Shown here: piece by piece, positions 1-12,394 of the stretch | Numbering within the stretch: position 1 is the stretch's first letter | Layout of the letters: each line of letters begins with the position of its first letter | Assembly (NCBI RefSeq): GCF_032444005.1 | Contig: NC_091284.1 | Span: forward strand, 838,736,001 to 838,800,000 | Length of the DNA stretch: 64,000 bases | DNA from: Ranitomeya imitator | Lineage: Eukaryota | Direction of reading: 5' to 3' | Position numbers and translations under genes: made by a program | The notes under the pieces: generated by a model | Told to the model about the DNA's origin: nothing | What the model saw: the letters and a program-made list of their open reading frames with translations, nothing else | Databases searched by the model: none

Positions 1-302
1 GGAGCAGTTCATGAGGGAACTTAGGGGACATTATTAAATGTTAAGAGGGCACTTAAGCATCATTGTTATAGGGGCACTCAGAGTATTGTGACCATCAAAG
101 TTGCATATGGTCACAATATGGCGGTAAAGTCAATGTTCGTTTTTGTATATAGATTTATTTTCAATAACAGCGCGGTCATATTCTGAGGTTCCCCTATACT
201 CACAATTAGAGTGCGCTACCATAGCTGTAATCAGGGTTAGCTGGTTAGGGGCCCACTCAGATGTTTCGCCCCCCCTAAGTTGAAGCCCTCGCTACGCCTC
301 TG
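1..302. mobile_element. Right end of a hAT-like non-autonomous DNA transposon (left part outside window)
   Basis: Ends in GCTACGCCTCTG (291-302), the reverse complement of the CAGAGGCGTAGC terminus of the TSD-flanked element at 8168. Confidence 0.55.
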
Positions 303-1122
303 GTTACAATGAATGATTTGTGTTCACTATGGATAGGGAGATCTAGTATGGTTTACCACAGCCCTTATATTTCCGTAGTGGAGGATACCAGTAGTTCATA
401 GTACAATAATAGTATGTTTTTGAGCCTCAGTGATCTTTTCTCTGGACACTCTGTCAGGATGTCATTTGGCCTTGTTATTTATTTTATGTGGTATGGATTA
501 ATAAAGATGTAAACTTTTAAAAGATATACATGGGTCTCTTCTTGCGGCTAAAATAATTTAAGTCCGCTTAAGGATTGTATATTATTTTAATTCATAGATC
601 TTGGAATAATAATAAGTTCCACAATTGGATGTGTTTAAAAAAAATGTTCCTGTCCTGAGATATTCTTATACCTGTGTCCAACTATGCAGCGCTGCTTTAG
701 TTCGTGGTGGGCACATACCACAGCTGTTGGGCAGGGGGAGCATAAAATCACTTATGATATGTAAGTATACAGACAGCATAGCAGAGGCTCATAGCTGGTG
801 CTTCACGAGATAACACATTTCCCTGTCTGTTTTATCATAGGAGCGAGTGTGTCTGCTGCATTTTCAGCCTTCTGAGCTCATCATAATTCAAATCATAGAG
901 GAAGGAGCTTCAGTGTACGCTGAGTTTATATGTTACTGACTTGATTTATTATGAGCTCAGGGGACTGGAGATGCTGCGGAAACACTCGCTCCTGTGATTA
1001 AACAGGGAAATGTGTTACCTCAGGAAACAGCAGCTTTGGGCCCCAACTGTCATGTCTGCATACTCACTTATTATAAGGCAGTGGAGACTATCCTAGTGGG
1101 TGGGAGCAGAGGCTGTCCAACA

Positions 1123-1568
1123 TGTCACCAAGGAATAGAGACTGTGGAGATACGGGGGTCAGCGGGTGCAGTAGTCCGCTAGCCAAAACTGCATGGACCA
1201 CGAATCATCCCGGTGAATGCCAGTTCTCCATTTACTGTTGGTGTAGTACTACTCAGACAACACAGGGTGAGGGTAAAACAGTGTGGCACTACTTTATTGA
1301 ATCACAAAACAGATAAATAACAAGTAGAACAGTCCCAGTACAAAACCCAAGACGGTGCAAAATTGCAGAGTCTCACACTTTCGCTGATTCGCTGGGATAA
1401 GAGCAGCTCTGACTTCAGAGCTTCCAGGGCCGACTACCCCACCTGGGGTATGCACAGGGAGGAGGTAACGACAAGCTTAGGACAATGACAATCCATTGAG
1501 GTACAAGGCCTGTTGACAGGAGGATCACAACCTGGCTTCTCCGAACGTCTCCATGGAGCCAGGTGACA
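1123..1568. mobile_element. Possible solo LTR / LTR-like repeat
   Basis: TGTCACC...GGTGACA terminal inverted 7-mers (TG..CA); no target-site duplication found. Confidence 0.35.
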
Positions 1569-2086
1569 GGTAAGTCCCATTCCTGGCTTTCCCAAATGTA
1601 TCCATGGGGCTCACGTGACTGATGGGTCCAAATCCTGACTGCCGCAAACATATCCATGGTTCAGTGATGGTCAATGGAACAGATCTGTATTCTTTCAGCC
1701 GGGGCCGTGGTCCCCTAATCTGGCATCCTGTAGAATGTCAAATCTGTGTCCCTCATGATGGTCTTGGCTGCTGTCCTGTAGAGAGTCTCTGGTTCTTTGG
1801 ATATTTGGATGTCTGGATGTATTTCTGTCTATGGAGGTATCTGTTACATAGGCATATATATCCTCTTTTTACAGTTAACAACTGTCCTTCAAGCCAGCAT
1901 CCAGAGGAAAAGGGGTAGAATTGTAAGGAGATCAACTTGCATTGTTTAATTATTTAATCTATTTTCACAGTTTTTCCTCCTTTGTTTTGCAAGTCAACAA
2001 GCTAGCTGGCCTGGACAATGTGTATTCAGATATCAGCAAACATAATTGTTCAATTATCCTGCGCCTCTAGTCATCCAGGATAACAG

Positions 2087-3412
2087 TGCAGTGCCCCAGG
2101 GTCCTGGTCGTTGCAGTAATGTCATTTTCATCTAGGGGAGAGTGATATTACGTTTGGAGGCAAAGAAGGATAACTGCATCCAGGTATCACAAACATGCAA
2201 CACATTTCACACTCCAGGCCGCCAGGGGGAGTTCTTGCTCCTATTTATTAGGTCACTCCCCACATTGGTAAAACTGGTTGCCTGTAGGGAAAGTTAGTGA
2301 GTTGCTGGCTGAGCTTCGCTCAGGTAGTTGGTTCCTGGCAAGGGTGGGATCCTATCAGAGATCGATGAAGAAGGACATGGAGCTGTGCATGCCCTCAGAG
2401 CTGCAGCTCCTAGAAAGAGACATTGAAGGCAGAACTGTATTGCAGTGAGCGTGCAAAGAAGTTGTAGCAAAGGAGTGGATATCAGAAGGGGACCAGCCCT
2501 ACACAGGCTGCCTCCTTCTGAGGCGCAGAATCCCGGTGACCGGAACACTGAGGGAGCAACGACCCTTTATGCCTTGCTCCAGAGACCGGCAGGTTACCTG
2601 TCCGCCCTATACCCAGGAGGCATAGTGGCTCCCCTTAGAGCAGTGTTCCCCAAGTCCGGCCCTCAAGAGCCACCAACAGGTCATGTTTTCAGGATTTCCT
2701 TAGTATTGCACAGGTGATGCAATTATCACCTGTGCAATACTAAGGAAATACTGAAAATATGACCTGTTGGTGGGTCTTGAGGACACTGCCTTAGAGGCTG
2801 GTGCATGATAGAGTCCCTATAAACCGCCTCAAGCCACTAGTCATACGGGTTTGTCCTATCCTATCCGGGGGACAGAGAGAGAGACATAACATCTACAACA
2901 GTTGTGAGGACCTTATGAGAAGCTTAGCAGTAAGGGACTACAACATTGCCGCGCTAGAGGACGGCTACTGATTTCCAACTGGACAAGGGGCCTCTGGATT
3001 TGCCTCCAAACCGGCCGGACTCTGCCTGCCTTGTGATCTGGTGCTCTGGACTGTGGACACTGAAGCCTTCAGTAAAGAGGTAAAGAGACTGCAACCTTGT
3101 GTCCTCGTTCTTCACTGCGCCTCACACCATCCACCATCTACACACTGGGAAGCCCTGGGGACACACTTCACCTGTGGGAAGGTATACCATCTAGCTGCCA
3201 TAACATCACCCCAGTGGACCCCTTAAAGCAGCGTCGGTCACCCGGACCGAATACCACAGGTGGCATCACGAACACAAACTTCATCCCTTTAAAGACCTTT
3301 CCCTTTTACACGGACGTCCCGAGGGCCACAGACCGGGTCAGCCACCGTGACATCCCCCTGTGAACCGCAGGACCTGATACCGAGTACCCCACTGCCCTGA
3401 CGGGGCAATCCA
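2087..3412 (+). mobile_element. Solo LTR (Gypsy-type, family shared with 8019, 15560, 45565)
   Basis: TG...CA ends, 4-bp TSD ACAG (2083-2086 / 3413-3416); 3' part closely similar to 17150-17520 and 10100-10300. Confidence 0.75.
2641..2788. mobile_element. 148-bp palindromic hAT-type MITE inserted in the solo LTR
   Basis: CAGTG...CACTG ends, 8-bp TSD CCTTAGAG (2633-2640 / 2789-2796), long internal inverted arms. Confidence 0.85.
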
Positions 3413-3669
3413 ACAGCACAATATGTTACATCAAATGTCAACTTATAAGTCAGTATTACAGGCTTATAAGAACAAAAGTATGTGTTTTCTTGACCAACCA
3501 GAAAGAAACGTATAAATTCAAAAGTCAACATATATATAACAGTCTATTTCTCCTGGCTTACTGAAAATATGCGTCTGGCTAATTAGAATAAAATGCTGTG
3601 TCGTCACGGAGACTATCCTATTAGGTCACCAAGAAGAGGAGGCTACCCTTCTGGGTCACCAAGGAGTAA

Positions 3670-4027
3670 GGCTGGGTTCCCATTGCGTTATGGGACCGCG
3701 TTAAACGGACAGCGTTGCACGGCGAAATTAACGCCGTGCAACGCGGCCGTTAACGCGCCCATTCACGCTAATGGGAACGCGCTTCACTAGCGCGTGCCAT
3801 GTTCGGCACGCGCTAGCGACGCGTCGGTGATTCCTGGCGCGCCGCGGACGCTGCTTGCAGCGTCCGAGGCGCGCCCGCGGTCCGTTCCCCGCTCTCGCAG
3901 ATCGGGGATCTGCGAGAGCGGGGACGTTACCGCGACCCCGACCGCAGCCCCATAGAAAACATTGCGTTAGCGCAATCCGCTAGCGCTAGCGCTAAATGGA
4001 TTGCACTAACGCAATGTGACCCTAGCC
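3670..4027. mobile_element. CpG-rich multi-hairpin MITE, PIF/Harbinger-like
   Basis: TIR GGCTGGGTTCCCATTGCGTTA / TAACGCAATGTGACCCTAGCC, flanked by TAA/TTA; several internal palindromes. Confidence 0.7.
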
Positions 4028-5986
4028 TTAAGATTCTACTTCTGGTCACGAAAGAGTAGCAGCTATCGTATCAGGTTACCAGGAAGTTCTGTCTATACCT
4101 CCAGATTACCAGGTCACCAGAGAGTAGAAGCTATACTACCGAGTCACCGAAGATTGGAAGCTGACATAAATGGTCACCAGGGAGTGGCTATTATAAGGAG
4201 ATGGACATACTGCCCACGTTCCACCTTGAAAACACATGTATTGCTGTAATATGTGATGTGACATACGTTATTAGTGACGATGCTGTAGTTTGACCAACAG
4301 TAGGGAGAGTTAGAGTTAATATTTTGGGACTAGCCCAGAGTGGAAGCTGTCAAAGTGAAGGGACAGACACCTGTTAGAACATCAGAGAGGGCCGAGCCTA
4401 GAGTGAAAGCAGACCTAAGGTCTGACTAGTCAACAAAGTCACGCAATGTTGTTGTCTCTGATGAGAGTGGAGACTGAGGCATTGGATAGCGAGATCTGGA
4501 GTAGAGATGAAGAAGAGTGACAGAAAGACAGAGAGAAGCACAGGATATGGGTCCTGGGACAAGACGCCTAGTGGTACGGCCCCAAGTTAGCAACTCAGAG
4601 AGGTCATGGGCCAAAATGGAGCTGGGAACATGAGATAGAAAAAATGCATCAGCAAGCAGGGAAGCTAAATAATGGCCATAGTGGCCATAGCTCCCCTAAG
4701 GGGAAAAGAAGGACAAGGAACAACAGGTTGAAGTTTAGGACTCTCAAAGGACGGCGGTAGCGGAGAGACTCCCGAAGTGCTGTTGTAAACTGCTGCAGAG
4801 TGGTGATCATGGCCGAGCCACTGTCCAGGAACAGTGTCCCAGTCCCAGGGTGCTGTCAGGGGTGGGTGGCATCACACTCTCTTGTAGACCACAGGCCACC
4901 ATTGACTCCAGGCTTTCGTCCTCAGGAGCCACCACACACAATTCTAGGGACACCAAGTTCTTTACAATAGGCAAACGATTACTGGTCATGTGGGATAGGG
5001 CACAGAATTTCACGTTTCTTGCTTCCTTAGTACCATACCTCTTCAGCCCTCATTTGTCCTAGACTCCATTAGCCTCGGGGATTTCATGTCCACTTCAGCA
5101 GTGGACCCGGCACCGGCCACCTGCCCCCACATAGTTCCACGTCCAGCGACCTTGAGATGTCAGAAGATCGGGCACACTCCCTGGTACTTGGCTCCAGCCC
5201 GAGGGTCCAGACGTTACCAGAATGTTCATCAGGGATCTCAATATGGCCCATGCTGCCCCTAGCAGCCCGCTGAACCTGACCTTGACCTTGACACTGCACT
5301 TCTCTAACCACAAACTGTCAGGATGTGCCCACCCACTGGGCTAGTCCTATCATTAACTATTTCCTATCCTATAGACTAAACCTATTGATAAACCACTTAC
5401 TATATAAACCGTAGTCTATCCTAACACTGTACACTGCTCACAATACACATTAACCCTTCACATGACTTACAGTATACACCGTACATTACCACAGTGTATG
5501 TTCAGTACAGAACTGTGTTATTGTTGGCTGGTGGTCTCACTCATCGGACCACTCAACATCTCGTCCTGGCCAACCTGTCACCATCATCATGCAGCATGCA
5601 AGGGCATAGCGCCCCATGGACAAAGCCCCCACACCCAGCCAGGACCCCACCTTCATGAAGCATGCTGGGGTGTGAAAGATGAGTAACTTGCCCAAGATAA
5701 CTGCCCCGCGTTGTTACCATCCTACCAGGTCATCGGGGCTAAGATGTGCCTGTATGTTACAAGAACACCACAGTATAAAAACTCAGCTGACACCAATACA
5801 GCTGGCATCAATGTAGCTGACGTGTGCGGTGGCCAGGACCTTCCTCACATGGCTAGCAGATCATTGTGGCCAGTGTATGACCATGTGCATGATGACTAAT
5901 GCTGTGCTGCCATCTAGTGGCACAACTGCATAATGGTCCATAGTGGAGCTGGCCGGACTGGGAGCCGATCTGGTGAGGCCCCTTAA

Positions 5987-6387
5987 GGCTATGTGCACAC
6001 GTTGCGGATTTACTGCGGATCCACAGCGGTTTTTGCGGTGCAGAAACGCTGCCGATCCGCAAGTGATTTACAGTACAATGTAAATCAATAGGAAAAAAAA
6101 AAAAAAAGCTGTGCAAATGGTGCAGAAAATTCCGTTCGGAAACGCAGCAGAAAAGAAGAAGTAGAATGTCACTTCTTTTTTGCGGATCTGAAGCGTTTTT
6201 GTACCCATTCCATTATAGAAATCCGCAGGGGTAAAAAACGCAAGAAATCCGCAAAAAATCCACAGCAAATTCGCATAAAATCCGCACAAAAAACGCGTCA
6301 AATGCACACCTACGTTTTCTGCCACCAGGAGATGCAGAATCCGCACAAAAAATTCCAGAGGTTAATCCGCAACGTGTGCACATAGTC
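5987..6387. mobile_element. PIF/Harbinger-like MITE
   Basis: TIR GGCTATGTGCACACGTTGCGGATT / AATCCGCAACGTGTGCACATAGTC with TAA on both sides; internal CCGCA/TGCGG repeats. Confidence 0.8.
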
Positions 6388-8167
6388 TAAGTGTGCGCCG
6401 TGCACGTGGCGGGGCTGCGAATCTAGAGGGCACACATGCTGTGAGATAAAGCCCTGCTCAGTGTAGGAGACCACCTAAGACGGTCCGCGCTCGTGAGGAA
6501 GGCGGCTGCTGGGAATTGATCTGCAGCCATGATGACAAGTGCGCTGTGGAAGAGAAGAATGGAGAGAAGGATAGCAGTGCACAGGAAGAGAGTGCGGATA
6601 CGACTGCCGTGCAACATACACACTGTACAGAACCCTCAGCAGTGCGGATGTCACCAGATTGTTACCCAGGGAGGCGCTGCTGCTGGCTACTATTGTGCCA
6701 TGCTAGTTTGGTCCTTCCGGTAATCTCTGAGCTTGGGCCCCTTACTGCCATGTGTGTGGGCGATATGACAGACACCATAAATGTGGGTGAAGGTTAGGGA
6801 AGATCTCCTGTAATGTAGAGTAAATGCAGTGATCCTCAACGATCGCCATCTTCCCCGGCCATAAAACTTTTGGTGAGAGTTCTTCTCTACTCTCTGACAC
6901 AAGTAATGTCCAGACTGGATGTCACAAGAAGCAGTGGTGAGGTGTGAGGAGGAGCTCGTTAGACGCACAGTGTGCTGGGTCCATTACAGAGTTGATACGC
7001 AGCGTCCCTGGTGACATGACTGGGGCATGGGACAGCGTGGGCTCAGACCCGTGGAAACATAGCTGCTTCCATAAAAAAGTTCATGTTTCCTGCTAGCAGA
7101 CGTCAGTCACATGCAAAAAGAGCAAACAGGCAGAGAAGAGAAGCTGTGGAGCCCGCGCGGAGTGACTGCGGCAGAGCTAGCTAGCAGTGGGGGTGAGCAG
7201 CGCTTCATAGAGAGAACCACACAGCAGAACGTAAGATGCTTCAACCTCAGCTGGCTGCCAAAATCCTCTGTCCCAAGGGAAGGACAGCCGGCTACCTGCA
7301 TGAGAGAACAACTGCTACTGTAAGTGGAGAGTGATGGAGATTAGGGTGAGGAGGAGCCACATGAAGAGTCCTGAGGCCAATGCCTAAGTGTCAGCGGCAG
7401 TGCCACCGCAGAGAGATGGATGAGGCTGGAACTGAGTGTGAAGAAAAGATCATTGCTAACAAGAGAGGTGACTGCTGTACGGCACAGAAAGACACAAAGA
7501 CTGTGGTGGAGGAAAGGAAGAGCTGCCGAGCAAATTGCCAGCCAACTTCATAAAGTGTCAGTGGTGTCAGCCCCCAATATAGTGCAGTACAGGGCATTCA
7601 CCACAAGATGGCGAAACGGACCTAGACATAATCACCTGGCCGGAGATTATATAAATCCGCCATCACTGCCATATCCTCATTCATGATAATTGCTGCTGCT
7701 CACAACCTCCTGCAGCGGCCACATTATTGTGTCTCGTGATATCAAGGACACGACAAAGGAAAGGAGATGGCACCAAATTATAGTCAAAGTGGTCGGTCAG
7801 GTGTCGCACATGACCACCAGTCCTAGAAGTGACATCTCCTCTTCTTTTCTGGATTTGTAGATCTTGTTTGAAAATAGATTGAAAATTTCAAAATCTCTGT
7901 CTGCAGTCAGTGAACGTGAAGCTAAAAAGGGTCCTCCCATAAATAAATGTATCACCTCTATTCAGAATAGGAGAGAAAAGTATCAGTGAGGATCCAGTGT
8001 AACACCCCAGGTAACCGGTTGTTACAGTGATGTTGCCTTCATTTCGGGGAGGGTTATATCATGCTTGGAGGCAAGGAAGATTCCCTTTACTAAGTAATGC
8101 ACCTACATGCAACACATTCTGAATCTAGGCCAGAAAGGGGAGCTCTGAACCCAGATTCAGGGGAGCT

Positions 8168-9729
8168 CAGAGGCGTAGCTAGAGCTTTTGCCGCCTGGGG
8201 CTGTTCCCGAGTTTGCCCCCCCCCCCCCCCCCCCGGCTCAATACACACAAAGGTTACCAAAAATGGTTTTCCTGTTTTGTAGAACTTAAACTGGGCCTAA
8301 TGGTGTCACCCCCACATGCCACACCTGTGACTTAATACCACCACACCATGACCAGGCCACATAGTGACCAAATAATACTACATACAAGGGACAAATACCA
8401 CCGCACCATTTCCAGACCACATATTACCACCACATAGTGACAATACTACAATACTGATCAGTAATAAAAAAAAACCCACAATACTATCACCATAAGTGCC
8501 AGTATTTCCAGGAGATCTGTACTTAGTATGCAGTGTCTGTGTACTGTAGAGGCTATACAGTGATCACTGGTGACATTATACACAGGACCTCTATATAGTA
8601 TACAGTGTATAGTGTCAGTGTATAGGTAACACTGATTTACCAGTGATGTCTCTAGGTGAAGTCCTTCATCTTTCATCCAGCACAGACCGCCATCATTCCT
8701 TCCAGCCAGGACTCGTTTCTGCAGGAAATAACACAGTTATCTCGAGCTCTGCTTGCAGAACACATTACTTAATTTTTCACAACTTCTACATTACATCACA
8801 TGAAGAAAAAAAGGTGATATAGTGTCACTCTGCACAGTAACAGGACCGCCCCCCATTTAAAACAGTATACTCAAAAAATAAAATAAATACATCACTGCAG
8901 AAATAATATCCCTTAATTATCCCCTATGGTAACACTATTCCCCACCCTGGCCCTGTTTATCTCATTCCTGGCTCCAGCCATATCTTCTCGCATCCTGCCC
9001 TCATGAGTATCCATTCTACCCCATATGATCTCCCCATCCTGCCCCATATGTCTCCATCGTATCCGTCCTGCCCCATGATCCAATCCTGCCCCGTGTCTCC
9101 AATCATGCCCCGTATCTACATTCTGCCCATGCCTCAAGTCCTGCCCCCAGTGTGTCCAGCATATTACCCCCATGTTGTCCAGCAATCTGCCCCAGTGTGT
9201 CCAGCATATTACCCCCATGTTGTCCAGCAATCTGCCCCAGTGTGTCCAGCATATTACCCCCAGTGTGTCCAGCAATCTGCCCCAGTATGTCCAGCACTGC
9301 CCCCAGTGTGTCCAGCAATCTGCCCCAGTGTCCAGCATTGCCCCAGTGTGTCCAGAAGTCTGCCCCAGTGTGTCCAGCATATTACCCCCAGTGTCCAGCA
9401 TTGCCCCAGTGTGTCCAGCATATTACCCCCAGTGTGTCCAGCAATCTGCCCCAGTGTCCAGCATTGCCCCAGTGTGTCCAGAAGTCTGCCCCAGGGTCTC
9501 CAGCATTACCTCAATGTGTCCAGAAATCTGCCCCAGGGTCTCCAGTATTGCCCCAGTGTGTCCAGCAATCTGCCCCATGGTCTCCTGTATTGCCCCAGTG
9601 TGTCCAGCATTCTGCCCCATGGTCTCCAGTATTGCCCCGGTGTGTCCAGCAATCTGCCCCATGGTCTCCTGTATTGCCCCAGTGTGTCCACCCCCCCCCC
9701 CCCCCCGCACTCTCCTTCCTACGCCACTG
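8168..9729. mobile_element. hAT-type non-autonomous element
   Basis: TIR CAGAGGCGTAG / CTACGCCACTG, 8-bp TSD GGGGAGCT (8160-8167 / 9730-9737). Confidence 0.85.
9143..9690. repeat. ~20-23-bp minisatellite (CCCCAGTGTGTCCAGCA core) inside the hAT element
   Basis: Direct tandem repeats; explains the overlapping low-complexity ORFs on both strands. Confidence 0.9.
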
Positions 9730-10844
9730 GGGGAGCTATAAGTATTCTGGTCTGGAGGAGGAGTTAGAGAGTTGGTCCAGAGAGACCAAGGAGGACAGTT
9801 GGTCAAGGAAGACCAAGGCAGACAGTTGTTGAGAGACAGTGGAGGAGAGAGGAGTGAGAGCAGACAGTGGAGCCGTGCAGCCAAGTGTGAGCTGCAGCTC
9901 CAGGAAAGGAAGATGACCTGAAGGGTTGGAATGTAGTGAGCATCTGAGGAAAGAAGCACAGGAGAGGAAAGGAGCTTAGAGGGAAACTGTGACCGGGCAC
10001 CCTCTGAGCTGAAGTGCAGAAACTGGGCACCGGGAGCCCGAGGCTGTGTTGTGCTCCAGGTCGCACAGCAGAACCGGAGGACAAAGGACTTGTCACCACC
10101 TGTTGCCGGTACCCTGGATTGTGGCTGCTTACAACCAAGTAAACTAAGGACCCCGCTTCACCTGTGAGAAGTGTCACCATCTTGCTGCAGTAACATTATC
10201 CCAGAGGACCCTTTTAAGCAGTGTCGGTCCCCTCTGACAGAGAACCACAGGTGGCGTCACAAATACAAACTTTATTAAACCCTTTAAAGACCTTTCCCCT
10301 TTTACTTGAGCACCCAGAGAGGGAGACAGGGGCGCCCCAGGCCCCAGGAAGGAGAGCCCAGGAACATCCTGGGGGAGACGAGCTCCGGCGAGTCCACGAG
10401 TACCTTCTCCTCCCGAGTGGTCGCCATGCTACGTGAGTACGAGGACGCCGGCAAAGCACTGACCGGGCTGAAGGAGGAGCTGTGGGTGGCTCGGGTCCTG
10501 AACACCCAAGCCTCTAACAAAGAGAAACCCGCGACCTCCCAGAGGTTCAGAGCCCTCAGAGACGAGATGGTCCGGTTAGTGCTCCTCCGGGAGGGGATTG
10601 AGAAAAGCGCAGGTCCCTTCCTGGAGAGGTTTAAGAACCAGCGGCGGTTCTCAGAAATGAAGGGGTTAAATACCTCAGGAGAGCCGCCAGCCGGCGTCCT
10701 AAGCGAGGAGGAGGAGGACGACGTGGCTGTGACTGGAGTCCTACAAGCTGGAACCAGCCGGGAGAGTGAGTCGCAGATCCGACAAGAGGGGAGCGGCCTC
10801 CCGGCACGGCAGAGGACTCCGACAGCACAGGCTGGAGTGTCAGC

Positions 10845-11390
10845 GGAGGAAGAGGAGGAGGGCGGTCTGCTAGAGGAGGAAGAGGAGGAGGGCGGTCTGC
10901 TAGAGGAGGAAGAGGAGGAGGGCGGTCTGCTAGAGGAGGAAGAGGAGGAGGGCGGTGTGCTAGAGGAGGAAGAGGAGGAGGGCGGTCTGCTAGAGGAGGA
11001 AGAGGAGGAGGGCGGTCTGCTAGAGGAGGAGGGCGGTCTGCTAGAGGAGGAAGAGGAGGAGGGCGGTCTGCTAGAGGACTCCGACAGCACAGGCTGGAGT
11101 GTCAGCGGAGGAAGAGGAGGAGGGCGGTCTGCTAGAGGAGGAAGACGAGGAGGGTGGTCTGCTAGAGGAGGAAGAGGAGGAGGGCGGTCTGCTAGTGGAG
11201 GAAGAGGAGGAGGGCGGTCTGCTAGAGGAGGAGGGCGGTCTGCTAGAGGAGGAAGAGGAGCAGGGCGGTCTGCTAGAGGAGGAAGAGGAGGAGGGCGGTC
11301 TGCTAGAGGAGGAAGAGGAGGAGGGCGGTCTGCTAGAGGAGGAAGAGGAGGAGGGCGGTCTGCTAGAGGAGGAGGGCGGTCTGCTAGAGG
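10845..11390 (+). repeat. 30-bp tandem repeat encoding (EEEEEEGGLL)n, in two duplicated blocks
   Basis: GAGGAGGAAGAGGAGGAGGGCGGTCTGCTA units; leader CCGACAGCACAGGCTGGAGTGTCAGCG occurs twice (~10819, ~11081). Confidence 0.9.
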
Positions 11391-12394
11391 AGATCCGACA
11401 GCTGGAGTCTCCAGTGAACCTGGACCGCTTTTCCTTTGGTGAGGACGACCCAGCAGAGGAAACCAAGAAGAGGAAGAAGACGACGAAGGAGACCGCACGG
11501 GAGGTGGTGAGTTACAGATATGTACTGATGGATGATGTTACACCTACCGCCTCCTGTGTAAACCCCACCAAACCTAAAGGCACGGGCTCTGCAGTGGGTC
11601 CGGGGCATAGGCAAGGTGGGGAGAGGAGGAGGACGTCCGGCGGTGCTGCCGTCTGTGCGGGGAACAGTGCAGGGGGCGAGGCTGTGGTGGTACTCACGGC
11701 GCCGGACATAGGGGACCCCGAGGAGTTTCCCTCACTGCCCTCTGCGGCTAAGCCAGTTATCACCGGGGCGGCTGAGGGGGGTGAGGGGGATGTCCACGCT
11801 GTTGCGAAAGGGGGACGATGTGTGCAGACTCCATCCCTGCTCACTACGGCTGAGCCGGCCAACGCCGGGACTGTGGGGGGCAGGTCCGAGAGACTTGGTG
11901 CGGCAAAAGGGGGGCGCACTGTTGTGACAGGGGAGCAGTGCGCCTCAACAGAGAAGAGGCACGCGGCTGCGACAGGGGAGCAGCGAGTCCAAAAAGGACA
12001 AAAAAAGCAGGAAAAATCATCTGCAGGGAACACTGGGCGCCCTGCTGCGACGGGGGGACAGAGTGCTCCAGCGCCCAAACGTGACCACCAGGACCCTGAA
12101 GTCTGTGGGTGCGGGGCAGGCGATTCCCCCCAACAAGCAGCAGGCCCATTATAATAAAATACAAACTGCTGCAGTGGGGGGGCAGGGCGCTCCAGAGACA
12201 CAACACAGCACCAATCAAGGGAAAACGGGTGTGGTGCTGCACCCCTCCCCCGGTCCAGCAGGTGTGAGTGCAGAGAAGCCAGACACAAGTGAGGAAGGAA
12301 TGGATGTGACTGTGGAAGGTGCAGAGAACACTGGGACAAATGGTGGTGACACTACTGGTAATAAAGTGACGGGAAGTGGTGGCAATGGTAAGGG

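Larger units (their letters stand above)
8019..10320 (+). mobile_element. Solo LTR of the same family, 3'-truncated, interrupted by a hAT element
   Basis: Starts TGTAACACCCCAGG, homologous to the reverse complement of the 46670 end; homology to 3258-3320 and 17385-17440 stops about 100 bp before the normal LTR end, where Tx1 ORF1 begins. Confidence 0.7.

Noticed and set aside
1876-1927. Possible small exon (TTTTTACAG acceptor; NNCPSSQHPEEK or LTTVLQASIQRKRGRI)
   Set aside because: No phase-1 donor compatible with an ART linker exon, and no homology recognised.
4327-5347. 12-bp inverted repeat GGACTAGCCCAG/CTGGGCTAGTCC around a possibly gag-like remnant (YWSCGIGH)
   Set aside because: No TSD and the coding signal is too degraded to call; the motif recurs alone at 22624.
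7102-7319. Possible exon between CTAGCAG and CT|GTAAGT
   Set aside because: Asymmetric phases, no recognisable protein, no independent support.
8913-9959. Stack of long overlapping Pro/Cys/Val-rich ORFs
   Set aside because: They are translations of the minisatellite inside the hAT element and are open on both strands.
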